IMG/VR virus record: IMGVR_UViG_2547132278_000009
Origin: a virus
Lineage: Duplodnaviria > Heunggongvirae > Uroviricota > Caudoviricetes
Strand: one strand, 5' to 3'
Length of the DNA: 40,040 nt
Shown: positions 1 to 12,663 of the stretch, piece after piece
Layout of the letters: every line of letters begins with the position of its first letter
Position numbering within the stretch: the stretch's first letter is position 1
The notes under the pieces: generated by a model
Told to the model about the DNA's origin: nothing
The model's input: the letters and a program-made list of their open reading frames with translations, nothing else
Database searches by the model: none
Made by a program: the position numbers and the translations under genes

Positions 1-2496
<2,496 letters not shown>

Positions 2497-2509
<13 letters not shown>

Positions 2510-3294
2510 GTCTCATCTCCCTTGAGCAAGTCTCTGTGACGCAAGTGATGCGTCGTATGTTTCTGATACATTCCGCCGTAATAAGCACGACAACTTAGGC
2601 GGTCGATCTGGTGATGAAGAATCATTCCATCGCCGATATAAACCGCGCAGTGGTCAGGCATTTTCCCGTATTGGATAAAGAATACGTCCCCACGTTGAGG
2701 CTCTGTTCCGGGCGCAAGACGCACCAATCCCTCGTTACGGTAGTTCTGATCGAGAATGTCGTTATCGCCGGTGTACCACGATGGAATATGCAGGTGTGCG
2801 TTCGGGTTTAGTTCGACGTTAAACTCACGCTTCAAATAGTCCCGACACAACATCCAGCAATCGAATACGCCAAATACATACGGTCTACCCAGGTATGGCA
2901 TTTCGAAACCATCAGGTGTGATCACATTCATCTCGCTAAAATGGAAAGGGGCATCTCCCTCAACATTCTTGCGAATAGCCAGAATCATCCACGGAACTTC
3001 CGTCGCTTCACAGCCTGCACGATCGGCATCAGATGCTTCTGCTGATTCATCAGTATGTGAATGCCAGATTGCGATTACGTCACCTGCATCCTCTGCCGCT
3101 ATAATGTCGTCAACGTGCATTACAAAAGTGTTCTGCGGGTTCTCCGAAACATTTCGCGCTTCCATAAAGCGATATTTGTCGCCATTAGTTCTCACCAGAA
3201 AGCCACACGCTTCATTAGGGTAGCGATTTATGGCGCAGAGATAGATTTGCTGCATAACATCAGAGCCAAGCTCAGGGATTGCTTTATTACCCAT
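2497..3294 (-). CDS. Tail protein K-like (MPN/JAB metalloprotease-like plus NlpC/P60-like domains)
   Basis: ORF 2497..3321; JAMM-like EACGF...HSHTD...S..D and Cys/His NlpC-like region; start probably internal ATG (about 3294 or 3255), overlapping the end of L. Confidence 0.7.
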
Positions 3295-3985
3295 ATCGCG
3301 TAGCTCCAATAAACCCGCCAAAATGGATCACTCCGTTGGCAAAATAATTCCGACGCGCATTACAGGCGTCATAACGTTTTGTGCAGTAATCAGCACCAGA
3401 CATAGACGTCTGCTGGTTATTTTTGTCGAAATATGGACCGGTATAGCCGCATTCTGGCCCTCGGTATTTCCACGGGCAGGTGTTTTTAATGATCTGACGA
3501 TACGGCAGTTGCACCCCCATCAAATCGAACACACTGGACAACTCAAACTCGACAACCTGATGAGTTTCGAGCGTTTTCTGTTCGATAAACCACATTTCAT
3601 CCGGGAAATGTTGGTTTGGATCTGCTGTTGGATTACCGTCTTTAAAATTAACGGCATCGAGGAAGCGAGCCAGCGTCATCTTGCGAATAATGCGGCAGCC
3701 AACAAGATCGTCGTTCGCCTGAACTTCCGCAGAGACGGTTCCGGCAAAGTTCGATACCTGAATTTTTGGACGTGGCAACGTTCCCTGGCCAGTTTTGTCA
3801 AAGCCTGATGCTTTGATTGGCCACGGCTCGTATGTCACTCCTTGCCAGACGACCGGTTGCATCAGTTCGTTTGTTCCGGCGTGGAAGAATAGCTTCCCCC
3901 CTGAAGTTGTGTTCGACATATCCAGTACGAACAACTCAATGAGTGCAGAGGGAGATAAGCTCTGAATATCAGCTTTAATTCCCAT
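3287..3985 (-). CDS. Minor tail protein L
   Basis: Strong similarity to lambda gpL (WQG..Y.P.PI, RFLDAVNF, NTCPW.YRG.ECGY.GP, FGGF); start chosen at MGIKADIQ by spacing to the WQG motif. Confidence 0.85.
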   Translation of the reverse strand: MGIKADIQSLSPSALIELFVLDMSNTTSGGKLFFHAGTNELMQPVVWQGVTYEPWPIKASGFDKTGQGTLPRPKIQVSNFAGTVSAEVQANDDLVGCRIIRKMTLARFLDAVNFKDGNPTADPNQHFPDEMWFIEQKTLETHQVVEFELSSVFDLMGVQLPYRQIIKNTCPWKYRGPECGYTGPYFDKNNQQTSMSGADYCTKRYDACNARRNYFANGVIHFGGFIGATRYG

Positions 3986-4067
3986 TGTTTCATCCTTGAA
4001 ATAAGTAGGCGCTAACATCCTGTCAGCGCCACAATGATAGTAAATTAGTACTTACTTATCCAGATAC

Positions 4068-4403
4068 TTAAGCCTCAAATACTTGTCTGAATGTAGCAGT
4101 TAAGACACAGTACCCCTGATATCGCTTGACCGTATGACTGTCACATACAACTACAATCCGTTTTCCTCTTGGATTAACCCAATAGAACGACTCAACGCCT
4201 GCTCGCTCAGTCAGGAAGTCATCGATTGCATTAATTTCGTTGTATGATCTGGTAAAGGTTAACGACCATTCTTCTTTAATACGATTAAGACCTTGAGCCT
4301 GTCGCTGCTCGTAGTCATCACCAAAATTAAGTACCGTGACATTCGGTTTTACGCTCTTTTCAGATTCGTAATCTGGATACCAATTAAACGTTTGTCTTTC
4401 CAT
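4068..4403 (-). CDS. Minor tail protein M
   Basis: 111 aa; FGD.Y.QR...GLN and F.W..P motifs as in lambda gpM; conserved position. Confidence 0.75.
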   Translation of the reverse strand: MERQTFNWYPDYESEKSVKPNVTVLNFGDDYEQRQAQGLNRIKEEWSLTFTRSYNEINAIDDFLTERAGVESFYWVNPRGKRIVVVCDSHTVKRYQGYCVLTATFRQVFEA

Positions 4404-4445
4404 CTCACATCCTTGTGAGACTGCCCCGGTCGGGACAGTCGATAG

Positions 4446-7400
4446 TTAGTTACGTTGAGTGTTTGGGTTGAGTGATCCGCCAGGGCGTTTCTCTTGAGCG
4501 ATAGTCTCAAGCGCGATTGCTTTCATCCGTTGAGCGGCATTGTTCCATATGCTTTCTGTATCGCCGGATTCTGTCGTGCTACCGTCACTATGGACGTTGA
4601 TCTCAATTGATACAGGAGAAAGAACATTTCCTCCTCCACTCATACCATCGGTACTTAGCGTTACAGGGATTGTTCGACCATCAGGCAATGGAACATACGC
4701 CTCATTCATATCGCCTTCCCCAAACAACGCCAATTGAGGTGAGTTGGCGATACCGCCTTTCTGGTATGCCCGGAGCGGGATCACGCCGTCTTTTCCGAAT
4801 ATTCCTCCATTTGCAAACTTCGGGATTGCAGGAATGCCTTTAGTTCCGTCAGCCACACTGCTGGTTGCGGTTTTAGCAGAGCTTGATGTCACGCTGTCGA
4901 AACCACCGCCAGCCCAAGCTGAAACAAGACCAGATGCAACCGTTGCTCCAAAACTCAACCACTTATTACCAGAGCCTGAAGCATTAGCTCCAAGCATTGC
5001 AAACGCGGCAGACAGAGCGCCGGTAACAGAGCTGAGGTTCTGCATCGAGAAGATGGAGTCCTTCACTGCTTTTGTCTCAGCATCTTTGGCTTCGGTGCTA
5101 TCAAATAGCCCCGATACCCAGCTACCAATCGCATTTGTTGCTGTGCCAATTGCGCTGGTGGTCTGCTGTGTTGTTTGCCCCAATCCAGTTACCGAACTGG
5201 ACGTCTCCTTCGTGGCTTCTCCTACAGACTTGTCGCCGTTAACAGTGTTGCCCATTCGTACCCCTTGATTGGCAACGGCGGAAGCAACCCCGGTCAGCAA
5301 ATTACCACTCTGTGAACTACCAGCAGCGGTGGTTCCCATCCCCAACATGTTCATTAGAGGCAGCGTGATCTGCGACTTCACGACCATATTGGTGATATCT
5401 TTCAAAATGGACTGAGATAGGCTGGAGAAGCTCATCTTCCCGTTAATAACGAAATCAGTCAGGACATCAGTTAAGCCACTAAACAAATCAGTCCAGGTGC
5501 TTTCGATCTGCTCTGCCAGGTTTTCGTATTCCAGTGCCAACTTCTGCGTCGCAGTCCCCGTCTCTTTAATAAGCGCGGTATTGCCAGCAGCAATCAGTTG
5601 ATTGATTTTCTTTGTATAAAGCGCCACAACTTTAGGATCAGACGCCTTATCACGAAGTTCTATCAACGCTTTGAGATTGCGGTTGTAGGTGTCTTCGAAA
5701 TCAGCAACTTTCTCTTCGCGAGACGGCGTATAGCCAGCACTAATAATGGAATCCGCCTCCGGTGCCCAAGTGGAGATCATCTGCTCAACATTGCGGCGAT
5801 TAAACATCTCGCGATATTCAGGTGTCGCATTTTTGAGGTCTTCAAGACGTTTTTTCGCCTTGTCGATCATCTCTTGAGTGATGAACTCGTTAGGTACCGC
5901 ATTAGCCAAATCTGTCAGCGATTTCGTTGTATCGCGAAGAGACTGATCAAACGATACCGTAGCCTTAGAGCTTTCACCCATTTGCCCCATAAGCTGATCG
6001 GCTTTGTCCAGAGCCTTCTGGTATCCGGCTGCCAGTTTCTGTTGCGCTGCCTGTTCCTTCTTGGCCGCACGCTGCGAGGCGTTAGCTGATCGTTGGGCTG
6101 CTTTCTCGGCAGCTGCTGCATCCTGTTCACGAGCTTTAGTCAGTGCAGCAATGGCTGCGGCACGCTCTTCATCGCTCATTTTCTCCAGAGAGCTGGCGCT
6201 GGATGCTTTCTGCAAATTAAGCTGCGTCTTGAGTTGTTTAGGCCCAATAATCGGCTTACCTTCGAAGTCCATCATCGGAGTGCCGTCAGGCAAAGTACGC
6301 TGATAAGTCGCAGAATCCATCTGGTTTCGCATATATTGCGCCAGCGCCTTCTTAGCCGCTTTATCAGTTGTACCTAACCCAAGAACAGTCCCCTGGTTTG
6401 ACATTACGCCCTTACCAGTTTTGGCCGCGTTATCTCTCTCGAACTCTGCCTGAGTCAATTCCTGAGCAACGGCTTCCAAATGCTCCTGATAACCGCGAAT
6501 ACTGCCTTGCAGTTTCTGGATCTGCTCGGTATTTCCATCCTTTTTGGCTTTTTCAAGCTGATCATTAAGAGTCGCAATTTGCTTCTCGGTCGCATTCTTA
6601 CGAGAAGAAAGTGAATCAACCAGTTTTTGCGCAGGCTCCAGATAGCTTTTGTTTACCGTTTCACGTAACGGTGCCAATAGCTTGTTCTTTTCGTCATCTG
6701 AAAGTGAACCGTCATCATTGATTTTCTGGATCTTATCCAGAGCCTCTTGCCGGGCTTTCACGAATGTTGCCGCGAAAATCTGGTTTTCCGCTCGAATTTT
6801 CTCAATCTGAGATTCGGCAGCCTCTTTAGCCAAACGCTTTGCTACAGCGCCGTCACCAAGAGCTATCGTGCCGGTTATCTTTTGATACTCCTCCTGATTT
6901 TTTTTCAGGCGTGCTTCGATGTCAGCCTTCGACTCTTTGTGAGTAATAACACCGGCAGAGTTAGATACGTAATTAACACCCTCACCAGTTTTTAATGCTC
7001 GTTGATCAGCAAGAATCTGCTTTTCGAGCTTTTCTGCGCGGTCGGCCATTTGTGCACGTTTGGCCGCTGTCATCGCTTCTGGTATTTTCCTAATCTCGTC
7101 AACGACCTTTGAAGTTTCGCTGCGGAGCATGGTCATGTACGTGATTAGGCCAGCAACAGCTACAGTGGCAACTGTAAATGCTGCCCCTATAGGGTTTGCT
7201 GCAATGAACGCCGTTAATCCAGCAAAAGCGCCTTTAAGCCCCGTAATCGCCCCACGGATGGCGAAAATAAGAGAGGGGATCGGAGCCAGCCCCATACGTG
7301 CCGCACGATTGAATCGAGTTACTGCTGTAGCGCCGAGGTTAAATGGAGTCTGTATGGCGGTCGCCATCGTGGCAAAGGTGCTAACCATCTGGCTCCCAGC

Positions 7401-9020
7401 GCCAACTACCCCCATGATCCCTGCTCGCATCAGTTTGAACGCAACCATCGCGGCCACGACCTTACCGAGATTAATTACCAGCTCTTGGTTCTTTGCTAAC
7501 CATTGAGCAAGCTGACGCAACCCATCGATTGCCGTTGTTAACCCCGAACCTAAAGAATTGGCAAACGAAATCCCTTCGGCGCTATTCATGATTGAAGCCA
7601 GTTCTTTCATCCCCTTCGATAGAGAATCCAGATATCCGGCCTGACCAACCCGATCAGCAAATAACGTGAATGACGTCTGAAGTTGCGCCAGCGCACCTGT
7701 GTAGGTTTGCATCATGTCTTTCGCTGCGTTCTCATTCTCCGCACGCAGACCAACAAACATCAGAGACAACGCCTGTTTTGCCTCAACCGTACCGCTGGCA
7801 ACGGCTTTAGTCAGTTCCCCCATAGTGATGCCTGCGGCGTCTGCCATTGCCTGCATCGCGTTAGGAACGGCTTCACCTAATTGCTGACGTAGCTCTTCCA
7901 TTGACACAACGCCCTTACCGGACATCTGCTGAACGGCCACAGCCGCACGTTTCAACAGCTCACTATCACCACCAAAACGAGCAACGGAGTCCACCAGCGC
8001 CTTCAGAGAACCATCGGTTGGATCTAAGCCAGCAGAACGAAACTTCACGAAGGAGTCTGTTAACGCCTGCATCGCGAACGGCGCATTTTGAGCCATGTCT
8101 ACGATGTACTTCATGTCATCGGCGGCAGCCTGGCCAGGGTTGGACTTCTCCTTATTCAACCCTCGAAGCATCACCCGCATACGTTCCATTTCGGCCGCAG
8201 CTTCAACAATAGGCTTCTGCCACCCAAACATGATGTCAGTAACCGTTCTGGCTGCATCTCCGATCTCGCCAAGCAGGAAAATGTTGCCACGAAGGCCAGA
8301 GAACATACCTCCTTCGTTACTTTTACCGCTATGGCCAGAAGCGCCGCTACGCCGCCCGCTACCACCATCGCCACTTCCAGATGTACGAACGCGTACCGGC
8401 TTGCTAATCAGTTGCTGACGTCCGATAACTTCGTCCATCTGCTCACGAACCTTTTTCAGTCCCTCGGCAGCCTGACTCGTTGTGACACCCCAATTACTGA
8501 GTCGCTTCGTCGTGGTATTAAGGCGCGTATTCATGCCACTCACGGACGCAGAGGCTTCTTTGACCTCCGTACCAAAGCGGCTTGCGCTTTTGCTTGCATA
8601 GGTCGCCCAATCAGAGAAATCATTTAGCTCTGATTGCACTTTACGTAATGACGCGGTGAGTTTATCTACTGAAGAAGCTGTCGTATCGACGCGCTCAATC
8701 AGGGCTTTAAGACCAGAATTGAGGCTGGTGATGTTGCCACGCATTTTACGCGTAGCATCTGAAGCAAGCTCAAAACCGGCAGCTACATCCTGTAGTTTAT
8801 CTGCCGTAGAATCGAGCTTGCTTTCCAGAACGCCAATGATACGGGCGACCGAACCCAAAGAGCGTTCAAAGGTTTGGATTTTTTGAGCAGGCTTTGTTAC
8901 CTGCTCACCAAATCGAGTAAGCAGTTTCCCCGCACGATCGATTGACGCTGTAAACTGTTTGTCTTCCAGCGACAGGATAAACTCTACGTTTTGTGACATT
9001 CCCTTGTCATCCTCTGCCAA
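4446..9020 (-). CDS. Tail tape measure protein
   Basis: 1524-aa mostly alpha-helical/coiled-coil ORF with Gly/Ser/Thr/Ala-rich segments, located between G/GT and M as in lambda H. Confidence 0.85.
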   Translation of the reverse strand: MAEDDKGMSQNVEFILSLEDKQFTASIDRAGKLLTRFGEQVTKPAQKIQTFERSLGSVARIIGVLESKLDSTADKLQDVAAGFELASDATRKMRGNITSLNSGLKALIERVDTTASSVDKLTASLRKVQSELNDFSDWATYASKSASRFGTEVKEASASVSGMNTRLNTTTKRLSNWGVTTSQAAEGLKKVREQMDEVIGRQQLISKPVRVRTSGSGDGGSGRRSGASGHSGKSNEGGMFSGLRGNIFLLGEIGDAARTVTDIMFGWQKPIVEAAAEMERMRVMLRGLNKEKSNPGQAAADDMKYIVDMAQNAPFAMQALTDSFVKFRSAGLDPTDGSLKALVDSVARFGGDSELLKRAAVAVQQMSGKGVVSMEELRQQLGEAVPNAMQAMADAAGITMGELTKAVASGTVEAKQALSLMFVGLRAENENAAKDMMQTYTGALAQLQTSFTLFADRVGQAGYLDSLSKGMKELASIMNSAEGISFANSLGSGLTTAIDGLRQLAQWLAKNQELVINLGKVVAAMVAFKLMRAGIMGVVGAGSQMVSTFATMATAIQTPFNLGATAVTRFNRAARMGLAPIPSLIFAIRGAITGLKGAFAGLTAFIAANPIGAAFTVATVAVAGLITYMTMLRSETSKVVDEIRKIPEAMTAAKRAQMADRAEKLEKQILADQRALKTGEGVNYVSNSAGVITHKESKADIEARLKKNQEEYQKITGTIALGDGAVAKRLAKEAAESQIEKIRAENQIFAATFVKARQEALDKIQKINDDGSLSDDEKNKLLAPLRETVNKSYLEPAQKLVDSLSSRKNATEKQIATLNDQLEKAKKDGNTEQIQKLQGSIRGYQEHLEAVAQELTQAEFERDNAAKTGKGVMSNQGTVLGLGTTDKAAKKALAQYMRNQMDSATYQRTLPDGTPMMDFEGKPIIGPKQLKTQLNLQKASSASSLEKMSDEERAAAIAALTKAREQDAAAAEKAAQRSANASQRAAKKEQAAQQKLAAGYQKALDKADQLMGQMGESSKATVSFDQSLRDTTKSLTDLANAVPNEFITQEMIDKAKKRLEDLKNATPEYREMFNRRNVEQMISTWAPEADSIISAGYTPSREEKVADFEDTYNRNLKALIELRDKASDPKVVALYTKKINQLIAAGNTALIKETGTATQKLALEYENLAEQIESTWTDLFSGLTDVLTDFVINGKMSFSSLSQSILKDITNMVVKSQITLPLMNMLGMGTTAAGSSQSGNLLTGVASAVANQGVRMGNTVNGDKSVGEATKETSSSVTGLGQTTQQTTSAIGTATNAIGSWVSGLFDSTEAKDAETKAVKDSIFSMQNLSSVTGALSAAFAMLGANASGSGNKWLSFGATVASGLVSAWAGGGFDSVTSSSAKTATSSVADGTKGIPAIPKFANGGIFGKDGVIPLRAYQKGGIANSPQLALFGEGDMNEAYVPLPDGRTIPVTLSTDGMSGGGNVLSPVSIEINVHSDGSTTESGDTESIWNNAAQRMKAIALETIAQEKRPGGSLNPNTQRN

Positions 9021-9393
9021 ATATTTGCATCAGTTGCTCTTTGGCGTCAGGGTCTGCCTTATCCTGGCTTGGATCGTAGACTTTATCTGTTACGACAGGT
9101 CTTCCAATCCTGAGTTGCAAACCCTCCATGAACGCCTTCACAGCCTCGCCATCCGCCTGGGACGCACGAGCGACTTGTAAGTTGCGGACATCCTCTTCCG
9201 CACGCAGACGGTCTATATTGCGACTGAGCATCCAGAACATCGTGAGAGGAACGTTCAGTAGCTCTAATGGCGACACGGCGTAGTGAGCAACTACACGACT
9301 GAAATAGAATCCGAGATCTATTGAGACGGTCCTTGTCCCGGATTCATCGCGGGAAATTACTTTGCCCCTTCGCCAGCCGCTTTTTCGTTTTCT
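9007..9393 (-). CDS. T-like -1 frame extension of the tail assembly chaperone (G/GT pair)
   Basis: ORF 9007..9276 is in the -1 frame relative to G; by hand translation that frame stays open upstream to about 9393, overlapping the last ~12 codons of G. Confidence 0.5.
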   Translation of the reverse strand, partial: RKRKSGWRRGKVISRDESGTRTVSIDLGFYFSRVVAHYAVSPLELLNVPLTMFWMLSRNIDRLRAEEDVRNLQVARASQADGEAVKAFMEGLQLRIGRPVVTDKVYDPSQDKADPDAKEQLMQIFGRG

Positions 9394-9674
9394 TCATCAA
9401 TCACTTCCATAGCGAAGGTGAAGATCTGCTGGAGTTGCGGAACAGTCAGTTTTTCAAGAACTTCGTCAGGTACTGAAGGGATAACCTTACGAACCAGATC
9501 TGCATAAGCTGTCACTTGCTCAACAGGAGACATGTTCATGAGATCTTTGCCTTCCATCTGCTTGATGGAAACAAAGAGGCCGACGGTCATTTCAACGATG
9601 GGATATTCTTTGCCACCAAATTTGATGCTTTTTTTCGGCGGCAGAATGGAGTCGAGATCGAGTAATTTGGTCAT
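9357..9674 (-). CDS. Tail assembly chaperone G-like
   Basis: 105 aa, acidic C-terminus, immediately upstream of tape measure and overlapped by a -1 frame ORF. Confidence 0.65.
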   Translation of the reverse strand: MTKLLDLDSILPPKKSIKFGGKEYPIVEMTVGLFVSIKQMEGKDLMNMSPVEQVTAYADLVRKVIPSVPDEVLEKLTVPQLQQIFTFAMEVIDEENEKAAGEGAK

Positions 9675-9700
9675 GGTTTAAATCCTTTTAAACTCATACA

Positions 9701-9720
9701 GAGGCCCATCCATGGGCCTC
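9701..9720. other. Perfect stem-loop GAGGCCCAT-CC-ATGGGCCTC between major tail gene and chaperone gene (possible attenuator or RNA stability element)
   Basis: 9-bp inverted repeat read directly; no strong U-tract on either side. Confidence 0.4.
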
Positions 9721-9735
9721 TTGGGTTATCACAAT

Positions 9736-10482
9736 TTAGCTTGCGGCAGTTACAGAGACGGCTTTGGTCGCCTTCTTGGCACCGTCATTAGTTGTGAAGG
9801 TGATATTGGCTGAACCGACAGCTTTACCAGTTACCAGTCCGTTCTGATCTACGGTCGCTTTATCAGTCGCATCAGAGCTCCACACGCCAGTCTTATTGGT
9901 TGCATCGGCCGGGGTGAAGGTTGCGCTCAATTGAACTTTAGTGCCCACTTTTACGGTCGGTGAAGACGGGGTCAGCGTGACGCTCTCAACCGGCTTTGGG
10001 AGGCTCATTTTCCCCAACACGCCAGCGTCGTCCGGGTAAGCGGAAAACTCAACTGAGAACACGCGAACGTCGTCAGACTGGTAGGTCATGGTGAAGTTAC
10101 CCGCGGTTGCTGCTTTAGGGATGGTCAGAACATAATCCGTCGCATCCTGCGGGGTCAGCACCAACTCTTTCGCAACGTCGATCAGGTTCACTCCCTGCGC
10201 AGACGTGATGGTTACGGTATCTTCGCCAGAACTCAGCGTGGAACCTGGCATCAGATCGACCATGTTTTTCAACACGGATTCAGCCAGCGGCGCAGTAATG
10301 GTGATGTTGCGGCCCTGGATCAGCTCGGAGATCGTGGTCTGGCCCAGCTGGTCTACGGTCACTTTCAGCGTTTCGGTTGCGATTTCAACCTGAACACCAC
10401 CTTTGGTGTAACCCAAATCCACACCACCAAACGACACCTTACAGGCACCAAGTTTGATGTTTTTTACATGGGTATTAGACAT
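9736..10482 (-). CDS. Major tail protein V-like with C-terminal Ig-like (Big_2-type) domain
   Basis: ORF 9736..10518, likely start MSNTHVKN at 10482; C-terminal repeat VTLTPSSPTVKVGTKVQLSATFTPADATNKTGVWSSDATDKATVDQNGLVTG typical of Big_2 domains, as in lambda gpV. Confidence 0.75.
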   Translation of the reverse strand: MSNTHVKNIKLGACKVSFGGVDLGYTKGGVQVEIATETLKVTVDQLGQTTISELIQGRNITITAPLAESVLKNMVDLMPGSTLSSGEDTVTITSAQGVNLIDVAKELVLTPQDATDYVLTIPKAATAGNFTMTYQSDDVRVFSVEFSAYPDDAGVLGKMSLPKPVESVTLTPSSPTVKVGTKVQLSATFTPADATNKTGVWSSDATDKATVDQNGLVTGKAVGSANITFTTNDGAKKATKAVSVTAAS

Positions 10483-10556
10483 TGATGGAAAACTCCTTTT
10501 TCCGTTAATTCTACGCATTCATTGCGCTAATAGTAAGTATATACTTACCAATTGAG

Positions 10557-10913
10557 TTAATTCAATAAATAGCCAGCAAATTCAACAGGAATGCCTGCTT
10601 CTATTAATGCCCCATCATTTTTGGGATAAATGATTGGCATCGCCATCGGTCGCACCAGTCGAAAATAAACACCACCAGATTCCGTTTCCTCTACTGGAAA
10701 CATCTCAATGATTTTATTGGCTTTCTCAACCGTCGTAGTAATTGACGAACCACGCACAATTATTGTGAATGATTCGTGGTAAAAGCCCTGTAGCTCATGA
10801 TCGATGCTGATACCGGTATTTGGGTTAATAAGCAGGACGCCAGATTTCACATTGGCAGGCAAGTAGTGACAGAAAATGTCAGTCCCGACCGTGCCAATCT
10901 TTGCCTTCTGCAT
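10557..10913 (-). CDS. Tail component, U-like position (tail terminator candidate)
   Basis: Position between V and the head-tail joining genes; start chosen at internal MQKAKIG to avoid overlap with the upstream gene; no motif recognised. Confidence 0.4.
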   Translation of the reverse strand: MQKAKIGTVGTDIFCHYLPANVKSGVLLINPNTGISIDHELQGFYHESFTIIVRGSSITTTVEKANKIIEMFPVEETESGGVYFRLVRPMAMPIIYPKNDGALIEAGIPVEFAGYLLN

Positions 10914-10941
10914 CAAACTTGCAAACGCTTCAATAAACACA

Positions 10942-11415
10942 TTAACCTCTCGTAAAACCGGCTTTTCTGGCAGCCTCAAGAATCGCTTCTGAGAACTGCT
11001 TCTCGCTAATTTCCACCGCTCTTTCCAGAAAGTGTGGCCCAACACGAGGTTTAACACCGGCAATTGGTGGGTTTGTCACGTTCTTCATTCGAGAAAGATA
11101 ACCGAGTCGGTATTTACCCAGCTCCATGTACTTAGCATAGTCACCGACTTCTACGCCCGGATGCCCCTGACGTGGTTTTGCTCCAGACACAGAAAGCTCA
11201 ATGCGCAGCCCTGAATAACCTTCTTTAATCACCCTGGCAAAGATGGCTGTCTCCAGAGATCCGGTTTCCAGCGGGGCCATTGCACGGCTGAGACGCTCAA
11301 CCAAACGCGCCAGCTTTTCCATGTCCCGAATAAGATATCGCTTAAATGCTTTCTGGCTGTTGTTGAGTCGATTCCCCGCACGTTTGAACTGATGCGCATC
11401 GTATTTCAGACCCAT
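10942..11415 (-). CDS. Tail completion / head-tail joining protein (Z-like position)
   Basis: 157-aa ORF in the conserved slot; assignment by synteny only. Confidence 0.4.
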   Translation of the reverse strand: MGLKYDAHQFKRAGNRLNNSQKAFKRYLIRDMEKLARLVERLSRAMAPLETGSLETAIFARVIKEGYSGLRIELSVSGAKPRQGHPGVEVGDYAKYMELGKYRLGYLSRMKNVTNPPIAGVKPRVGPHFLERAVEISEKQFSEAILEAARKAGFTRG

Positions 11416-11750
11416 ATATTCGCCCCCACTTCAAGATGCCCTGGTCTTCCTCGTAGCCCCCAGCGGCGATGAACACTGGACACCTTTAATTTTTGACCTT
11501 CAAGGATCAGTACATCATCAAGTTGTACAGCCGCTTCCAAAGGGACAACTAACACAGCATCAAACAGTTCCAGGCTCGCCTTACCACGACTACCAGAGCT
11601 ATCAGCACGAACTGACGATTTCTCATTACTCTGTTCGAACTTAACCACGCCGACATTCGTCTTCCTGACGAATTGTAATTGCGCCTCACCGTAAACGTTC
11701 TTTGCGCCAAAGCGGTAGATCGCAATTTCTGTTTGCCATGAAATATTCAT
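11406..11750 (-). CDS. Head-tail connector candidate
   Basis: ORF 11406..11846; likely start MNISWQ at 11750 preceded by GGGAGAG Shine-Dalgarno; synteny only. Confidence 0.4.
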   Translation of the reverse strand: MNISWQTEIAIYRFGAKNVYGEAQLQFVRKTNVGVVKFEQSNEKSSVRADSSGSRGKASLELFDAVLVVPLEAAVQLDDVLILEGQKLKVSSVHRRWGLRGRPGHLEVGANIWV

Positions 11751-11829
11751 GCTCTCTCCCTGTTGTTGTCGGTCGCTCTCATTACTGGCCAAAAACCCTT
11801 TAGACCAAAAGTAAATAATGCGACTGGCG

Positions 11830-12663
11830 TTACGCACGGCGAACAATCATACGGTTGTTGATGTAACTGACCAGCAAGCGCCAGGTACTACGAGCCACAT
11901 GCACGTTTGCAGCTTTACCGGTACGGTACATGTTGGTTGTTTCACCGATGGACTCTGACAAAATGCCATCCTCTCGTGCTGCGGCTACATCATTGCCATT
12001 TGCGATCTCACACGCTTCGTTGACAACGGCAAGCATCAACGCTTCTTTGAAGTAGTCAGGGAACTCTTCAAACTTCTCCTGCGTCATCTTTTCCCAATCG
12101 ACTAAATCATGCCGGTACGCTCCATCTGCTCCCCACGGAATGTCATACACATTCAGCATATTTTGAGGGCGATCGTATCGGTCAAAGTCGATACGTAGAA
12201 TTTTGCGGATTGAGAACGGTAAAGTTTTAATTCGTCTGGTAGCCTCAATGAGACGCTTGCGCATTAAGCCTTCACCATCCGACAGCAAAGTGTCCCCATT
12301 CAGCATATCGATCGCCTGCATTTGAGCATCAGCGACAGTTGCAAACGACTGTTCTGGTATCGACAGTTCAAAACTATTCAGCAGAACATACATTTGCCGC
12401 TCTTCATGCGTCAGACCCGATGCAACCGCCTTCACAATGACGTACCGCAGATCGCGTTCTTTCTCAGAGAGCTGGTTATATTCAGCCGACACGACAACCG
12501 GAATCGACATTTGACCGCTGGTAATTTCTAGCGGCTCGCCATCAACGAGAATAGCCCCGGTGCTGTCCTTTACTGTGTAGGTAGCAGATTCGATATCCAG
12601 CACGTTGAAGGCAAATGAAAGGGAAACAGCTTCACCGCTACGATACGAGTCGATCTGCGCCAT
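11830..12663 (-). CDS. Hypothetical structural protein (277 aa)
   Basis: Long ORF within the head/tail joining block; start codon overlaps stop of upstream gene. Confidence 0.45.
   Translation of the reverse strand: MAQIDSYRSGEAVSLSFAFNVLDIESATYTVKDSTGAILVDGEPLEITSGQMSIPVVVSAEYNQLSEKERDLRYVIVKAVASGLTHEERQMYVLLNSFELSIPEQSFATVADAQMQAIDMLNGDTLLSDGEGLMRKRLIEATRRIKTLPFSIRKILRIDFDRYDRPQNMLNVYDIPWGADGAYRHDLVDWEKMTQEKFEEFPDYFKEALMLAVVNEACEIANGNDVAAAREDGILSESIGETTNMYRTGKAANVHVARSTWRLLVSYINNRMIVRRA

Noticed and set aside
4540-8886. Multiple plus-strand ORFs (65-179 aa) inside the tape measure gene
   Set aside because: All are antisense to a long well-supported minus-strand gene and have low-complexity translations; shadow ORFs.
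10533-10548. GTAAGTATATACTTAC as a LexA box
   Set aside because: LexA needs CTGT-N8-ACAG; this palindrome has AGTA/TACT half-sites, so it is a different motif; the true LexA box is at 37823-37842.
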